64,000 bases of DNA, taken from the human T2T-CHM13v2.0 reference genome, Homo sapiens. Both the position numbers and the translations under genes were made by a program. Shown here piece by piece: positions 1 to 13,232 of this stretch. The notes beneath the pieces were generated by a model. It was given only the letters and a program-made list of their open reading frames with translations. It did not search any database and was not told the DNA's origin. Positions within the stretch are counted from its first letter, which is position 1. Each line of letters starts with the position of its first letter. The stretch lies in assembly GCF_009914755.1 (NCBI RefSeq), contig NC_060934.1. One strand, given 5' to 3'.

Positions 1-179
1 CTCCACTTATTTAGGTCTTCTCTAAAGTATTTAAATACAATGTTACTATTTTCTTTATAGCAGTAGTGCATATTTTGACTAGACATATCCCTAAGTGGTT
101 TATATTTTTATATTGTGTCAATTGTCATTAAAATACATTTTTGGACTGTTGCTATTTGGACTGATTCTTGTTCAAAATG

Positions 180-575
180 CAAGCATTTTAAACAAGAATC
201 ATTTTAGGTGTCATGTGAAGATTGTAGGAGACCAAAGGAAGAAGCAAGACTATCAGTTCAGAGGCTTTTGCAATAACCCAGGCTAGAGGTGGTGGTGGCT
301 TGCCCCAAAGTGATAATAGTTGAGATAATGACAGGTGGTCAGAGTGGTCAGATTCTAGATACTTTTTTGAGGGTAGGATTTGATGACATTTTAGGTATAG
401 AGCATGGGAGAAAGAGAGAAGCTAAAGATGACTCCAGAGTAACAGGAAGAATGAGATTATCACCTACTGAGCTGGCTTGAGGGCAGTAGAAGCAGATTTG
501 GAAGGTGGAAGTAGAAGCAGAAATATGAGTTTGGTCATACAAAGATGGAGATGCTTGTTAGACAATATGTGAAGA
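180..575 (-). mobile_element. L2 fragment
   Basis: Typical L2 motifs (ccaggctagaggtggtggtggcttg, aaagatgactccaga, gagtttggtcata). Confidence 0.6.
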
Positions 576-889
576 AATGAAGGCTTGGCCCCCTCCACCC
601 CCACCCCAGTGAACTTCATGGTAGACAAGCAAGGCAGCTTGGCCAACTGGCAGAAAGAAGGAATATATCTTGTGTAGGAGGGTAAGGAAAATGAACTTCT
701 CAGAGTTCCTAAAGCCACACCTTAGAGCTGCTACCCGTTTTATTTACAATTAGGGGCTTGCATTTGTAATCTCCCTCCAAGTGCTATAAACCATCAAAAT
801 GCAGATAGATGATATCTCCTAAACCCTTGGCTGCCAGTCCCCTTTGAGGTATCTGCACTCCTTAAAAACTTAAATATCAAAGTCTAGAC

Positions 890-1215
890 CTTTGTTATCC
901 AATACAGAAGCCACTAGCCATACTTGAAATGTAGCCGATGTGAATTGAGATGCACTGTAAGTGTGAAATACACACCAGATTTTAAAGATGTTACAAACTA
1001 ACAACAAAAAATTATAAAATACCTCAGTACCTGAAAATATTGATTACATAGTGAAAATATTTTGGATATATTGGGTTAAGTGAAATATACTTTAAACATT
1101 AATTTAACCTATTTATTTTTATTTTTAAAATGTGTCTACCAGAAAATTTGAAATTACACATGTGGCTGGAAGTTGTGCCTGGCTTTCTATTTCTAATATT
1201 TCTATTGGACAGCAG
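890..1215 (-). mobile_element. MER33-like hAT-Charlie DNA transposon
   Basis: tccaata..gccactagcca...tgtaagtgtgaaatacacaccagatttt...ctattggacagc matches the reverse of the MER33 consensus as I recall it. Confidence 0.7.
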
Positions 1216-1349
1216 CCTTTAGAGGAATGATACTTCTTGTTTTATGGCCAGAGGCTTTCATGGGAATAGAGTTTGAGATGGATGAGAGGTAGGAGAAGTG
1301 AAAAGCCACTTGAACCAAATAATTCCAAGGAGAAAGAAAATATACAAGC

Positions 1350-1575
1350 TAATAATAATGGGTTTAGTACCTAAATAAACCAGGGACTTGTACTTGCAAG
1401 CTCACTTAATCCTCAAGATGAGATAAGTTTCATTATTCCCATTTTACAGATGAGAAAATGGAGACTCAGAGATGTAAGGTTCTTTGCCCTTGAAGAGTGA
1501 GTGACTGAGCTGGGATTTGATCCTAGTTCCACCTGATTTTAAAGCCTGTGCACTTGCATTAGACCACACTACCAC
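1350..1575 (-). mobile_element. MIR SINE
   Basis: Core cccattttacagatgagaaaatggagactcagaga...gggatttga. Confidence 0.7.
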
Positions 1576-1932
1576 TAAAGGGCTGAAGAAGCTACACTTC
1601 TAGAAAGGAATAGTGAATATTTGGCAGGAGTATGACAGTGGTTCTTCCCTTTTGGCTGAATGATTAATTCTTCTTTTGAGAATTCATAGGAAACAAAATC
1701 ATTGCAGCAGGGATCCTTCCCCTCAGCATTGCCCATGACAGCAGTGGAGACAATCTGAGCATCCAGTTATTACAGAGTGAGAGTCAATTATGGGTGATCC
1801 ATCAGGAGGATGCTCCATGGTCACTAGGTCTGATACTTTAAGGAAAAGGGCAATGTAGAACATGTTTATGATATGATGGATGATTAATGCAATCAAATCA
1901 TTTTCACATTAATTACAAGCAAAATATACTTG

Positions 1933-3182
1933 TGATATGGGATGTTTGGGGTGTTGCTTTTTCTGGCCAGAAACCTCTGTGGCCAGTGGCACCTTTGCCT
2001 GAGTTCTTGTCCTGCATCCAGTAAGAATGAGGGATGCAGTCATGTGGAGGGTGAGCAAGATGAAGAGGAGCTTTATTAAGTGTTAGAACAGCTAAAAGGA
2101 GACCTAGTGGGTAGCTTCTCTCTATAGGCAGGTTGTCCTGATGAGCACTCAGCTCTCAGCAGAGGGGATATGTCCTCTCTGCAGCTGGTTGTCCCTACGT
2201 CTGCAGCTCTCAGCAGAGAGGAGGCCCTGGAGAAGGTAGCTCTTCTCTGCAGCTGGTCCTCCTATAATCTTCCCAGCTCTCAGCAGAGAGTAACTCCTCC
2301 CTGCAGCTGGTCATCCAGTCGTCTCTCCATCCTCTGCTCTGTTCTGGCTGAACCCAGGGTTTTTATGGACCTCAGAGGGGAGGAAATGAGAGCCAACTGG
2401 GCCATAGGTGGCCATGAGCAGCCTGAAAAAGACAACACAAGTCCCCACTCTGGTTTGTGGGTCTGGTAGCCCAGCCCCCAGCCTTCAGGCCCTCCTTGGC
2501 TTGAAGGTGGGACCTTACCGGGGCCCTCCCCCACTCCACCCAGGAGCCTATCTGCCCCCTGCTGCCTTCCATGGTGCCCTGGCTGTTCATGCCAAGGGAT
2601 ACCTGAAGGCCAGTGCAAGTGGCCTTCAACCCCTTCCCCTCATCACAGCCTGAGGCAGGGGCTCCTGATCCTCACTGGGTCCAGGCCAGAATTTGGGACA
2701 GGGGCAACATCAACAGGAGCTCCCCCTGTTGCCAAGGCTGTCAGGACCCACTGGGGCAGAGCTAATCAAGGGTCCGGGCTGGATGTGGGAAGTGGCAGGC
2801 TCGGTGGTCACCCTGACTTAGGGTGGCAGACTGAGACATTGCCCTGGGTGTCCTGTGCAGAGCCTCCTCCCAAGGCGCAGGAGCCCAGCACCCTTGGTGT
2901 GGGCTGGCTGGGTCCCCGAAGTGGGCACCACTCCCACTTTCCACCCGGGCCCCTAAGCCTGACCCTAGCTCCACACTGGCACCCCTCTCTGCCTGACCAT
3001 GCTGCTCTCCTGTCACGCTGCTCCCCTGCTGGCCGGCTGGCAACCCGGCCTGGCTCCATCATGGCAGCCCCCAGCGTAGCGGGCTGCTGGAGTTGGGGGG
3101 CTGTCTGCCTCCTCCCCTTGCCCTCCCTGCAGTGGCTGGCATGATGGCAGTGGCCGTACCAGACTTCCTGCTGCTGCCATCA
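1933..3182 (-). mobile_element. ERV1 solo LTR, MER52-like
   Basis: TG...CA termini flanked by a 4-bp TSD CTTG (1929-32 and 3183-86). Internal CAGCTCTCAGCAGAG repeats, antisense AATAAA at about 2072, and a MER52-type end ...CTGCTGCCATCA. Confidence 0.8.
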
Positions 3183-6100
3183 CTTGGATGTGAAAATTAG
3201 TAGGCATAAAGAGAAATATTTGTTGATTTTTGTGTTTTCCATGTAATAATAAGAAAATTTCTCAGTAGCGCTCTAATATCGACTTTTAAAAGGATAAGCA
3301 CAAACTAGAAAGGGAAATGTAGTCAAAGATAAAGGTATGTACACATAAAGAAATTGTGTGGAGGATGGCCAAAACATGTGAGCAATTAGTAACGTTAAAA
3401 CACGCTGTCAGGAACCCACTGATCAACTGTGGACAGAATCCAGGGAGAGTGGCCCTGTGTGCAGAAGGCTGCAGGGTGGCAGATGCTATAACAGAGGCAG
3501 GGTCGAGCACCCCTGCAGCTGTTTGTTCCCAGAGTCTCTGCCCTGAGAATGCCTGTTCTTTAGGAGAAGGAGGAGGGTAGCAATTAAAAGGGTGATGAAG
3601 CCCAGGATGGGGGGTGTGAGCCTCAGGGCACAGGCTCCTAAGCCAACCAGGAACCAAGCCTGCATGTCCAATGTATGCATAGCAGCTCCACGTGGTCTCA
3701 GCCTTCGAGGGGTGTGTAGGGTGATTGAATGGCCAGGCAGATCAGGGTGGCAAATGCCCAGATATTCAAAAGGGGAAAAGCCCAGGGCACTGCCCTGCTG
3801 TCAGATCACAGATTCTTGTATTTCCTTTTAGCCTCACACACCTGTGGGCCTGTGGGCCAGGACACCTTTACCCTATCCGAGTGACAGGAACAGAAGGGCG
3901 GGACAGTGCCCCTAGGTGAGTCTACACCTCTGCCAGTGGGCGGGATCCTCACAATCACCACCCTGGAAGACTGCCTTTGTTCCACAAAACACTTCCTTCC
4001 TCACACAATTGCAAGTGTCTGAATCATCTCATTTTTGAAGTGTGTATTTAATGTGATGATTTTCCCTCCCAAAGTGCTTTAATTAAATGACTGTAGCATT
4101 TTATAATCGATAGAGACTTTGAATTGAGGAAATACAAGAGTGAGAAAGAGAGCGTATTCATGAATAACAATGACATTAAGGAGGAACGGGATGGGAGCCG
4201 CAGTTGTTATAGGCAGTAGGCACTGAGGAAAATGATTGATTTGGGAATTAATGCAGGCCAACCCTTGTGTGGCCTGCCTGACTGTGCCAGCCAAGGGCTT
4301 TCACTGCCTAACTTCTCTTTTCTCCTGTACATGGGACAATCAAAGCCCTGCTGCCCGCTGTCTGCCTCACTGTTCCATTGTAATTACTGAGATCGTATCT
4401 TGATGCAGCCTTGAAAACTGGAAGGGGCTGTCGCCTGCTGGTGATGGCTGCCTTCTAATGGCAGGATGGCCCAATAGTGGGAGCAGTTTGAAAGTGGAGA
4501 GGAGCAGGGTTGCTTCTTGTGTTGAGGGGGGCAGCCATGAGCTGTGTCTGGAAGGTGGCATGTTTGGACCGTGGTGCTGAAGGGGGAGATTTCCAGGCAG
4601 AGGAGGTGGCCTGACTGAAGGCAGAGGGGTTATGGTGTGAGTGATCAGTGGATTCAGCTTAACCCCACTGAGGGTGCAGGGAGGAATTAGGCAAGGAGGG
4701 GGTTGAGTCCTATCATCAGGGCCACAAGCTTGGGAAGTTTCCCAGAGAACATGGGAGCTGCGGAGGACGTTTGCTCAGGGGAGGGACATGCTGGAGTTGT
4801 GCTGTAAAGTCTGACAGTGTGGGGTGGATGGGAGGTGGAGGGGAGCCTGGAGGCAGAGACTTGCTATGGTGCAGCCAGGGGACAGATGAGCAAGCAGAGG
4901 TGTTGGTGCCGGGCCCACTCTGGCCTACCAGCCTCATACAGGGCAGGCCCAGAGGACCTGTGTCACCCAAGCAAGTGGCATTCTCAGGCCCCTTGACCCC
5001 TTTCTGTTCTATTCAGATGCCATCCTCCCACCTCCTTCGGCACGTTGAATAATTAAGAAAATTATTCCTGGTACATTAAGAGGTCTGCCAGCTTGTGGGA
5101 GACTCATTCTGGTTAAACAAATATTCAGCTCTCAGAGGAGAAATCTGAAGCTTGTGAACCTGGGCAAATTTGAACAGCCGAACTTCACTGGCAGACACCT
5201 CTTTAAGGAGCATCTATTCTAAACGCTTCATGTTACAGGTGGGAAACTGAGTCACAGAAAAGCAAAGAGACTCAGCTTGGAGGCTGAAGCCCCCACTTCT
5301 AGTGGCTAGCAGTATATTTCCTTGCTCTTCTCTTAGGTGAAAAGCATCAGGAGCCAAGCTGTATCTGAAAGTGTCTCTTTTTCTCTTTAACCTAAAAGCA
5401 GAGTTTTCTGGGTCCAGGTTGGCCTGGCACAGGAGAGGACAGGGAACTCAAGAAAATGAGTCACTCTATCTGTGACGTAGGTGGTTTGTGCCCTCACTTT
5501 TTTGTGCTTTGATGAATCCGGAGAACTAAGAGATCTTTAATTCCTGAGGAGCCAGGCATGCATACTTCCAGATATGTTTCAAAGTTTCACTTGTGATTTT
5601 TGTGTCTTTATTCTGATCAAATTATTCTTGAAATTTAATCAGCTAAATGGGATGATTGTGTGACCAAACCAAGCCATCTGGAAATGTGTCAAAATCTTTC
5701 TTACCTTAGCACGTGAGATATAAAGGATCCTGCAAAGTTCCCCTGTCATTTTCCTTCTCTGGGAGTTTGGAGGGTGAGGAATCAGATGGGGGCTGCTCAG
5801 AGTCTGGAGACATTCCTAATAGAGTCCCTGGCTAAGCTTTCTGCCCTGTTCCTGCTCATATCCCTCCTAGTTGGACAAAGCCAGGTCTAGTTAAGCCCAG
5901 CCTCTCCTGTGGCTTTGTTTCTCTCTCCTCTTTTCTGTAACCTGCCCACTGGGTAGCTTATTTCTACTTCCCTCCTACTCCCTCTCCAAAGCCCCTGCTT
6001 CTGTGACACCTCTTCCACCACCCCCTAGCCTCCTCCACCCCCATGTATTAGAGCATCCCTTTACCCGTCTCCTCTCCCAGGAGGCTGTGAGCTCCTGGTG

Positions 6101-9100
6101 GCAGAATTACCAGTGACAGGCAGCTGCCAGCTGCTCCTGTCACTCTCTGCTGAGAGCCCCACAGTGATTCCCAGGACCGCTCCGTGAGACAAGCACCATG
6201 TCCATGTCCATCGGCTTGCCACTCCGGACTCTCTGCAGGGCCCTCTCACCATGCACTCACTCAACCCCTGAGCCCCTGTCCCTGCTTTTTCTTGGACACC
6301 TGTGCCATTTGCCAGACACTCACTCACGCTGCCCGGGGTGCCTGTCCACTTACTGCCAGGGTCCATCCTTACTCTTCAGTGTCCACCACTGGCACCATAT
6401 GTCCTAAGAAGACCTCCCAGACTTCTCCACCCTCCCCAGTCTGGGCCATAAGCCTCCTCTTGCCCCACAGCCACCACCACCCTGCCCAATGACTGTCCCA
6501 CTGCATCTGCTTCCTTGCTGGCCCCCTGCTCCCCCTGAGCTTTGAAGTCCAGGGTGTGGACAGAGGGTGATCCTGCTCCTTGCATGTTTAATAATCCAGA
6601 GACCCACTACACGGAACATGCCAAGTAGAGCAGTAGCCCCAGTGGCTTTGCCTGGAGGACAAATGACTGACACTGAGTGTGCTGGTATCTGTGGAGGGAA
6701 TGCTGGCCAAGGAGTGTCCACGTTGTCCAAGGCTAATGAACCCTTATCCTTGAGGCTCCCAGGGATCTGCTTTTCTCTGGGGCAACAGTGCAACCACAGA
6801 GTCTTGTTTTGGGCCTCCCAGCTTGTTGTGTGAGCTGCGGGCAGACAGCAGGTCTGGCTTGGATCTCCTATGGCTGAGGGTCAGCAACAACTATGCAAGT
6901 CCAGCCAGGGACTCCCTGCAACACTGCAGGCTTCAGCTAGTACCATGGCATATTCCACCACCACTGACCACTGCCTGAAGCCAACCTTGAGTGCTGGAAG
7001 AGGGAACCTGGGTTTGACCTTGATTCTGATGCTTGTCAGCTGTTTGATTTCAGATACATTACTTGTTTTCTGAGTCTCGCTTTACCCATCTGTACAGTGG
7101 GAATAGTAATGCCTACCTTACAGGTTTTCTAAGAGTAGAGAACATTGATGTCTCTGTTAGTAGATGGTCACTTTTCCATGGCCTTTCTTACCTAAGGGAA
7201 CACTTTCTTACATTTCAGTGGAGACCGAGCCCTGATCGGCTCCCAGTTTGGAGAGGCTCACCACCTTTCCACAGGGACTGGGGCTTCTTGTAACCTGTGC
7301 TGTCTCCAACTCAGGTCTTTGTCCCCATCATGATAGCTCAACCATAGCCAAACTGTAGGGGTCCAGCCAGGGGAACTGCTCCCTGGCCATTTTTGGCAAT
7401 GTGGAAGTAGGTACACATACCGAGATACAGAACCAGCCCCTTCCACAGGACACTGTGAGTTCCTGTATTCCGTTGCTGTTGCAAAAACCATAGAGGTGTG
7501 TGCTGACCAGGAGCCCAGTGAGGACTGGAATCAGAAAGAGGAAGTTTTGAGAGCCATGGAAGGTTTGCTGACCTGCCTAGTTCCTTCCAATGGGAGTCTC
7601 CATCTTAGTCTTCAGGGGATCCCCTGAACTTCTGGAAAACACCTGCATTGCCTCAGTCTCCTCGTGAGTCCTTTGAAGCAGGTGTAGGGCCCTGGGCCCT
7701 GCCATTCTCTGCCAGCAGGCACACTCAGCCCTTGGCCCAGGTAAGAAGTGGGGACACTCGCTGACTGGTGATGTCTAGGGCCGCACCGAGGTGATTGCTG
7801 GAGTTATCGTGAGTCCAGCAGCTGCGCCTGCTCCTGGCACTCCCTTGAGGAGGTGCTGGCCATGCAGGGCCCACAGGGAACCTCCTGAGTGGCCCACTCC
7901 TTGCTCTCCCACCTGCTGTCTGCAAGGCTGCCCCTGACTCCACCTGGCCCTGATGTGGCATTCCCCCAACACAGGCTTGGTCTTGGAGGCAGCCCTCCTG
8001 CTCGTGTCTCCACATTGTGTCCTCGCCAGGGCCAAATCCTCACATGCAGCACTGTCTGGCCATGCTCAGGCCCACATCTCTACGGCCCTGTCCTGACATC
8101 CAACAAACCAGCTCCTTGTGAGGAGACCCGAGATTGGACAGACTCAGCGGCCAGCCCAGGGGGAGGTGATGAAGGCAAAAGGAAGGGTCTAGGCTGGGAC
8201 TAGGGCAGCTGACTCAGACCTTGGGGCTGAACCCCAAAGATGGATGGAGGCCCCAGAGCACACTTACAAAGGCCATGTGGGCTGAAGCTCCCAAGGGAAG
8301 TGCAGATTTTAAGAGCTTCGAGGCAGCAAGGTGCAGAATGCAGAAGAGGCCATGCAGTGTGCACTCTGTGGGCATCTAGCATGTACTGGACACCCTCTCA
8401 CATATGTTGGCTTGCTTAATTCTTTCTGCAATGTTGCAAGGACGATATTGTTCCCATTTTACAGCTGGAGACATTGAGGTTGAGGGAGCCTGAGTCGCTA
8501 AGGTTACAGGTTAGGAAGAGATGGAGCTGGGATTTGAATCTGATCTATGTGATGCTGCTCTGGGTTGGCCTGGCCTTGGAGCTCAGGAGGGGTCAGGCTG
8601 GCCAGAGGGACTAGGTTCAGGGTGGTGGTGGTGCTTACCAGCGAGTCAAGGCCAGAGGTTGTCACACAGCCCAGGCTAACAGGCCCACTCCTAGATACAT
8701 GGAGCTACTTGAGGTGGGCCTGGAACACTCAGGTCTCACCCAGCTCACAGGTAACTTAGGAGCTAATGTCAGGGCTCTGGACAACAGGCCCTGCCATGAA
8801 GCAGTAGAGACCTAGCAGGGGCTCCCAGCTCCCTTCCCGACCTGCTTTGTGATGTTCTATGAGCCACCCACATCTCTGGGCATCACAGAGCTCTGGGGGT
8901 CTTAGCCTCCCGTGTCTTCCTGGCCCCTGGCCTCACCTGGGGACGTGTTGCAATCACCTTAGACCTTGTAGCCAACACTTACACATGGCGCCACTCAGAA
9001 GTAAGTCACAATGTTGGGGAACCCGGCCTCCAAGGTGATCTGGTGAGTGGCCTGGGTGGGCGATGGCTGCTCTGTTTCCAAGCTCACTAGGCATCTGATG

Positions 9101-10339
9101 TGCAGGTGTGCATCTAACAAAGATGCACGTGTGACTTTTTGGAGTCAGATGCACATCTCGTTGGGTTATCTCCAGGGTCCCGCCTTCTTTCTGTTTCTAA
9201 GGCAATCCCTCTAACCAGAGTGATCATGGCCCCATACCTCCTGGCTGTTCTTTCTTCTTCTCTTTCCTGTTCCAGGCTTGGTTTACTGCCAGCCAGGACA
9301 ACCTTTCTAGAATGGTGTTTCCTGGGCCATTTTCCTGCTTAGTACTTCCAGGGTCTCCCCATTACCCAGAATGCCAGGTCTAACCATGCTGGCCTCCCTT
9401 TTCTGGTCCCACATGACTTTAGGTGGCATCTTGTCCCACGGCCCCCATGTCACCTTGGCCTGTTTGCTGCATGTCTGCCTCCAGCTTGCTTCCTGCCTGG
9501 CCTTCTCTGAGTAGCCCTTCCATCCCCACGGGTGCGCCTGTCCTCCATGGCCCCATGCACATTTGTTCTCCTACGGTCCTGTGCCCCAGCTCTTGAGATG
9601 GCCTCCGAGGAGGGGATGCGTTGTCCATTACAGAGCCTCTCCTGTGACCTGCTTCTCGACAGGCCATCTCTTGGTGTCTCCCAGCAGCACATTTTTTCAG
9701 ACGAGGATTGGCACTGTGGAGAGTCACTTCTGAGATTCCACAGCTCATGGCATGAGGAGCAGGAGCCGGAATGCAGGACTTGATGCCAGGTTCCAATTTT
9801 GCCTGCCCACGATGTCTGTCTTCTAGCGTGGGAGATTACACCAATCTCCTGCACATTTGAAGCACTCTGATGTCACTCTCCTGTTCCCAAGCGTGCCAGG
9901 GCTTGAAGCTTGTGGCTGTGGCAGTGACAAGGCCCCTGTGACAGTCCTGTTCCAGCTTTCTAGTGGGTGGGCCTTGCCTGTGCAGATCAGACCAAGATTT
10001 CCATGAAATGCTCTTTCTGAGCAGCAGTGGCCTCCCGGAGGAACAGTGAGGGGCAAGAGGCCTTCACCCCACTTCTGGCATGACACTGAAGACCTCTTTC
10101 TCTTGGGGGCCCTCTGTCGACCGTATCATGCTCAGTCTTTGCTCAATTTATTCTCAGTGGGGGAGACGGATTGAAGGTGTGGGGTTTATCCACAACCCCA
10201 AATATGGCTCCTGCTTTGCCTCATGCTTCTAAGAAGGCAAAGTTTAACGCTGTGCATGCCAAGTGGTACTGGTTCAATAAACGCTGATGGGAAATGTGGA
10301 CAGGTCTGGCGGGTGAAGGGCTTTATCCAGGACAGCCAT

Positions 10340-10530
10340 GCTGTATCCGCCGAGGCTCTCCAGAGAAACAGAACAATAGGATGTGTGCATGTGTGTAGGC
10401 AGAGAGACATTTATTTTAAGGTACTGGTTCACAGAATTGTGGCGGCTGGCAAGTTTGAAATCTTCAGAGTGGACTGGAGACTCAGGGAAGGGTTGCCGTG
10501 AGTCCGAAATCAGTCCGCTGGCAACTCTGG
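10340..10530 (-). mobile_element. MLT2-type ERVL LTR fragment
   Basis: ctctccagagaaacagaacaataggatgtgtg...tttattttaagg..ctggcaagt is a hallmark of this family. Confidence 0.65.
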
Positions 10531-11444
10531 AGGAGATCAGAGGTCTCTCATGAAATGCACTATAGACCTAGCCGGCCCGTGCAGCCCCAGAAAGCACATG
10601 CTACAGGGCTCACAGCCCCTGCCACGTCTCCATTTCCTCCTCCACAGACAGCCACGCTCACCTGGTTTTTGCCCCAGGGGGAGGTGAGGTCTGGGAGGTG
10701 AGGAGAGGGAAGTGGGAGGTGGAGGGAGCAGAATGTCTATGGACAGGGCTCTCAGGGTGACCATGGAGAAGAGGGTGGGGCCTGGCCATAGCCACTCTGA
10801 GACAGCAGGCAGAGAAGGAGATCACACACTCAGTGTTCAGAGCTTTCAGTGTTGGGGCTTGCAGCATGGGGACTTCGGAGCCAGCAGGGGCAGAGGCACA
10901 GGGACCTATTGTAACATCCAGTGTCCCTCCTGTCCCCTTCACACCCCACACGCATACACACCAGAGCTCCTGCTGTCAGTTAATACATCACCGATGTGGG
11001 CAAGGACTTTCCCCACAGTGGAGAGTGGGGAGAGGAGGGGCTCCTGTTTTGGAGGAGCTAGACAACCTCAGAGGGAGAGTGGTGGAGAGGTTTTGGAGGC
11101 AGACAGATCTGGACCTCAGTGAGTTGCAGGCTCCTGCTCCCAGCCTCAGTTTCCTCATCTGAAAATGGTATCCCTAATGTCCACGTCTTGGAGTCATCAT
11201 GCAGGCTGAAAATGCAAAAGTGCAGCTGGCCTGCCACACACTAAGCTCCCAACAAGGCTAAACTCCAGCTTTGCCTGAGACACTTTAGCCTCTCACACTG
11301 TGCTTTTTGTTTTTGTCCTCTTGGTCTACTCTCTGGGCTGAGAGGTGAGGGTGAGGGGTGATCAGGGCTTGCAGTAATGCTAGGTAAAATCTAGATGATA
11401 GGATTCTTCTGCTTCCAAAGTCCCTCTCCAAGGCTTCTCCTCAG

Positions 11445-11635
11445 GTGGTGGTCCTCCAGGTGTGGTCCCTGAACCAGCTGCCTCCTCACCTCCTGAGAAC
11501 TCTTCAGAGGTATAAATTCCTGAGACCCACCCCAGACTTACTGACTTGTAAACTCTGGGGCTGGGGTTCAGAAATCTGGTTTTAACAATCTGTTCAGGTG
11601 ATGCTGATGCATGCTGAAGTTTTAGAACCACTGCT
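11445..11635. mobile_element. MER5A-like hAT DNA transposon
   Basis: gtgtggtccctgaaccagc...aggtgatgctgatgcatgctgaagttttagaaccactgc. Confidence 0.7.
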
Positions 11636-12419
11636 TTTCAGAACAGTTTCTCCAGGAGGGCAGGTTTTAGGCTGAAGGTTCACCTCCCAGCACCACCCCA
11701 AGGCTGGCCATCAGCAGGCGAATCATCTCAAAGGGAGTCTCAGAGCACTGGTCCTTCAATCAGCTCTTTCCCCAAGGGCCCACAGGAAAGCCTGGAGGCT
11801 GTCATTCCACTGACATGAGTCCCCTCACCTACACTTCCCTCCTTTGCTTTGTACGTTATGTAGACTGTGCTTTGGGGGCCCTTTACCACATCCTGCAGGA
11901 GCTCCAATGCTCTTGCCCAGTTTCTGCAAATTCTCAGGGTCTTATGTCCTCCAAGCTACTTCTATCTCCTGATTTCTCTGATCTTGTCACTGGGTCTCAT
12001 CTGTGTCCCCTTTGTTTACAATAGTGTTCCTCCCTTCCCGGAACTAACCCAGGTGTGGAACACAGAGCTTCTGTAATTGGCGTCCCATAATCCCTCCAAT
12101 ACAATGCCATCATGTGGCAAATGTTTACTGAAGCCTTGGCCCAGAAGGGAATTCTCACTCCTGAGAACACCAGCTGCGTGAGCACGCCCAGGGATGCTGC
12201 GCAAACGCACCATGCCTCCATCTCATCTCCACCTGGGGGTGGGAGTGTGTGGGGTCATGACAGTTCCTGTGCCATGGGCTTTTGGGAGAATTAAATCACG
12301 TTAGGTGGGCACAGCCTTTGGCAGGGGGCCTAGTGCGGAGCTAGCACTCAATAGATGCTATTATCGTTATGATTTTATCGTGGTCATTAAACTGGATGAA
12401 TTATTTTCTCTTCCTTTAT

Positions 12420-12990
12420 CTTTTATCTATTTATTGATTTTATTTATGAATTTATAATTGTAGTACATACCACAATCTATAAGTAACATAACATAAGATT
12501 CACCATCGTAACCATTTTTAAATGTATAGTTCAGTGGCATTGAGTATATTCACGTTGTTGTACAACCATCAGCACTATCCAGCTCCATTACCTTTTCATC
12601 TTGCAAAACTGAAACTCTGTGCCCATTAAACGCTACCTCCCCATGCACCCCTCTCCCCAGTCTCTGGGAACCACCATTCACCTTTCTGGCTCTATGAATT
12701 TGACTGCTCCAGGGACCTCATATCAATGGATCACACAGCATTCGTCCTTTTGTGACTGGTTAGTTCACTTTGTATAATTCTCTCAGGGTTCATCCATGTC
12801 GTAGCATGTGCCAGAATTGTCTTCCTTTTAAAGGTTGAATAATATTCCATTTCATTGATTACACATTCATCTATCATTGGACACTGGCTTGTCTCCACCC
12901 TCTGGCCATTGAGAATAATGCTATTAGGAACATGGGTGTACACGTGTCTGCTTGTGTCCCCACTTTCAATTCTTTTGGGTATACTTTTAC
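12420..12990 (-). mobile_element. L1 (L1MB-like) 3' end
   Basis: aaccatttttaaatgtatagttcagtggcattgagtatattcacgttgttgtacaaccatca... Confidence 0.7.
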
Positions 12991-13232
12991 TTTTTGTAAT
13001 TGACCTACCTTGTCTATTAGTTCAACCAGTTTGATGTAACAATCAATAATAAACATAGTATTTTTAATTGGATGCAAAAGTGGATGAGAACTTAAAGGAC
13101 AGTCTCCCCACTTGACCAACGTGGAGGCTGAGGCCAAGGAAGGGCCCTGAGTGAGTTCTTATCTGAGGGTGGTTTCTGTGGACAGGAGCCTTGACCTGTC
13201 CCCAGCTGGTGGCATCTTGAGGAAAGAGGAAG

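Noticed and set aside
2150-2310. Spaced direct repeats resembling a CRISPR-like array
   Set aside because: Internal tandem units of the MER52-like LTR in a mammalian genome; only about 3 degenerate units and no cas genes.
3910-3922. Other strong donor-like motifs in intron 1 (TAG|GTGAGT here; also about 7740 and 16906)
   Set aside because: I did not find supporting acceptor, promoter or reading-frame context; such motifs are expected by chance.
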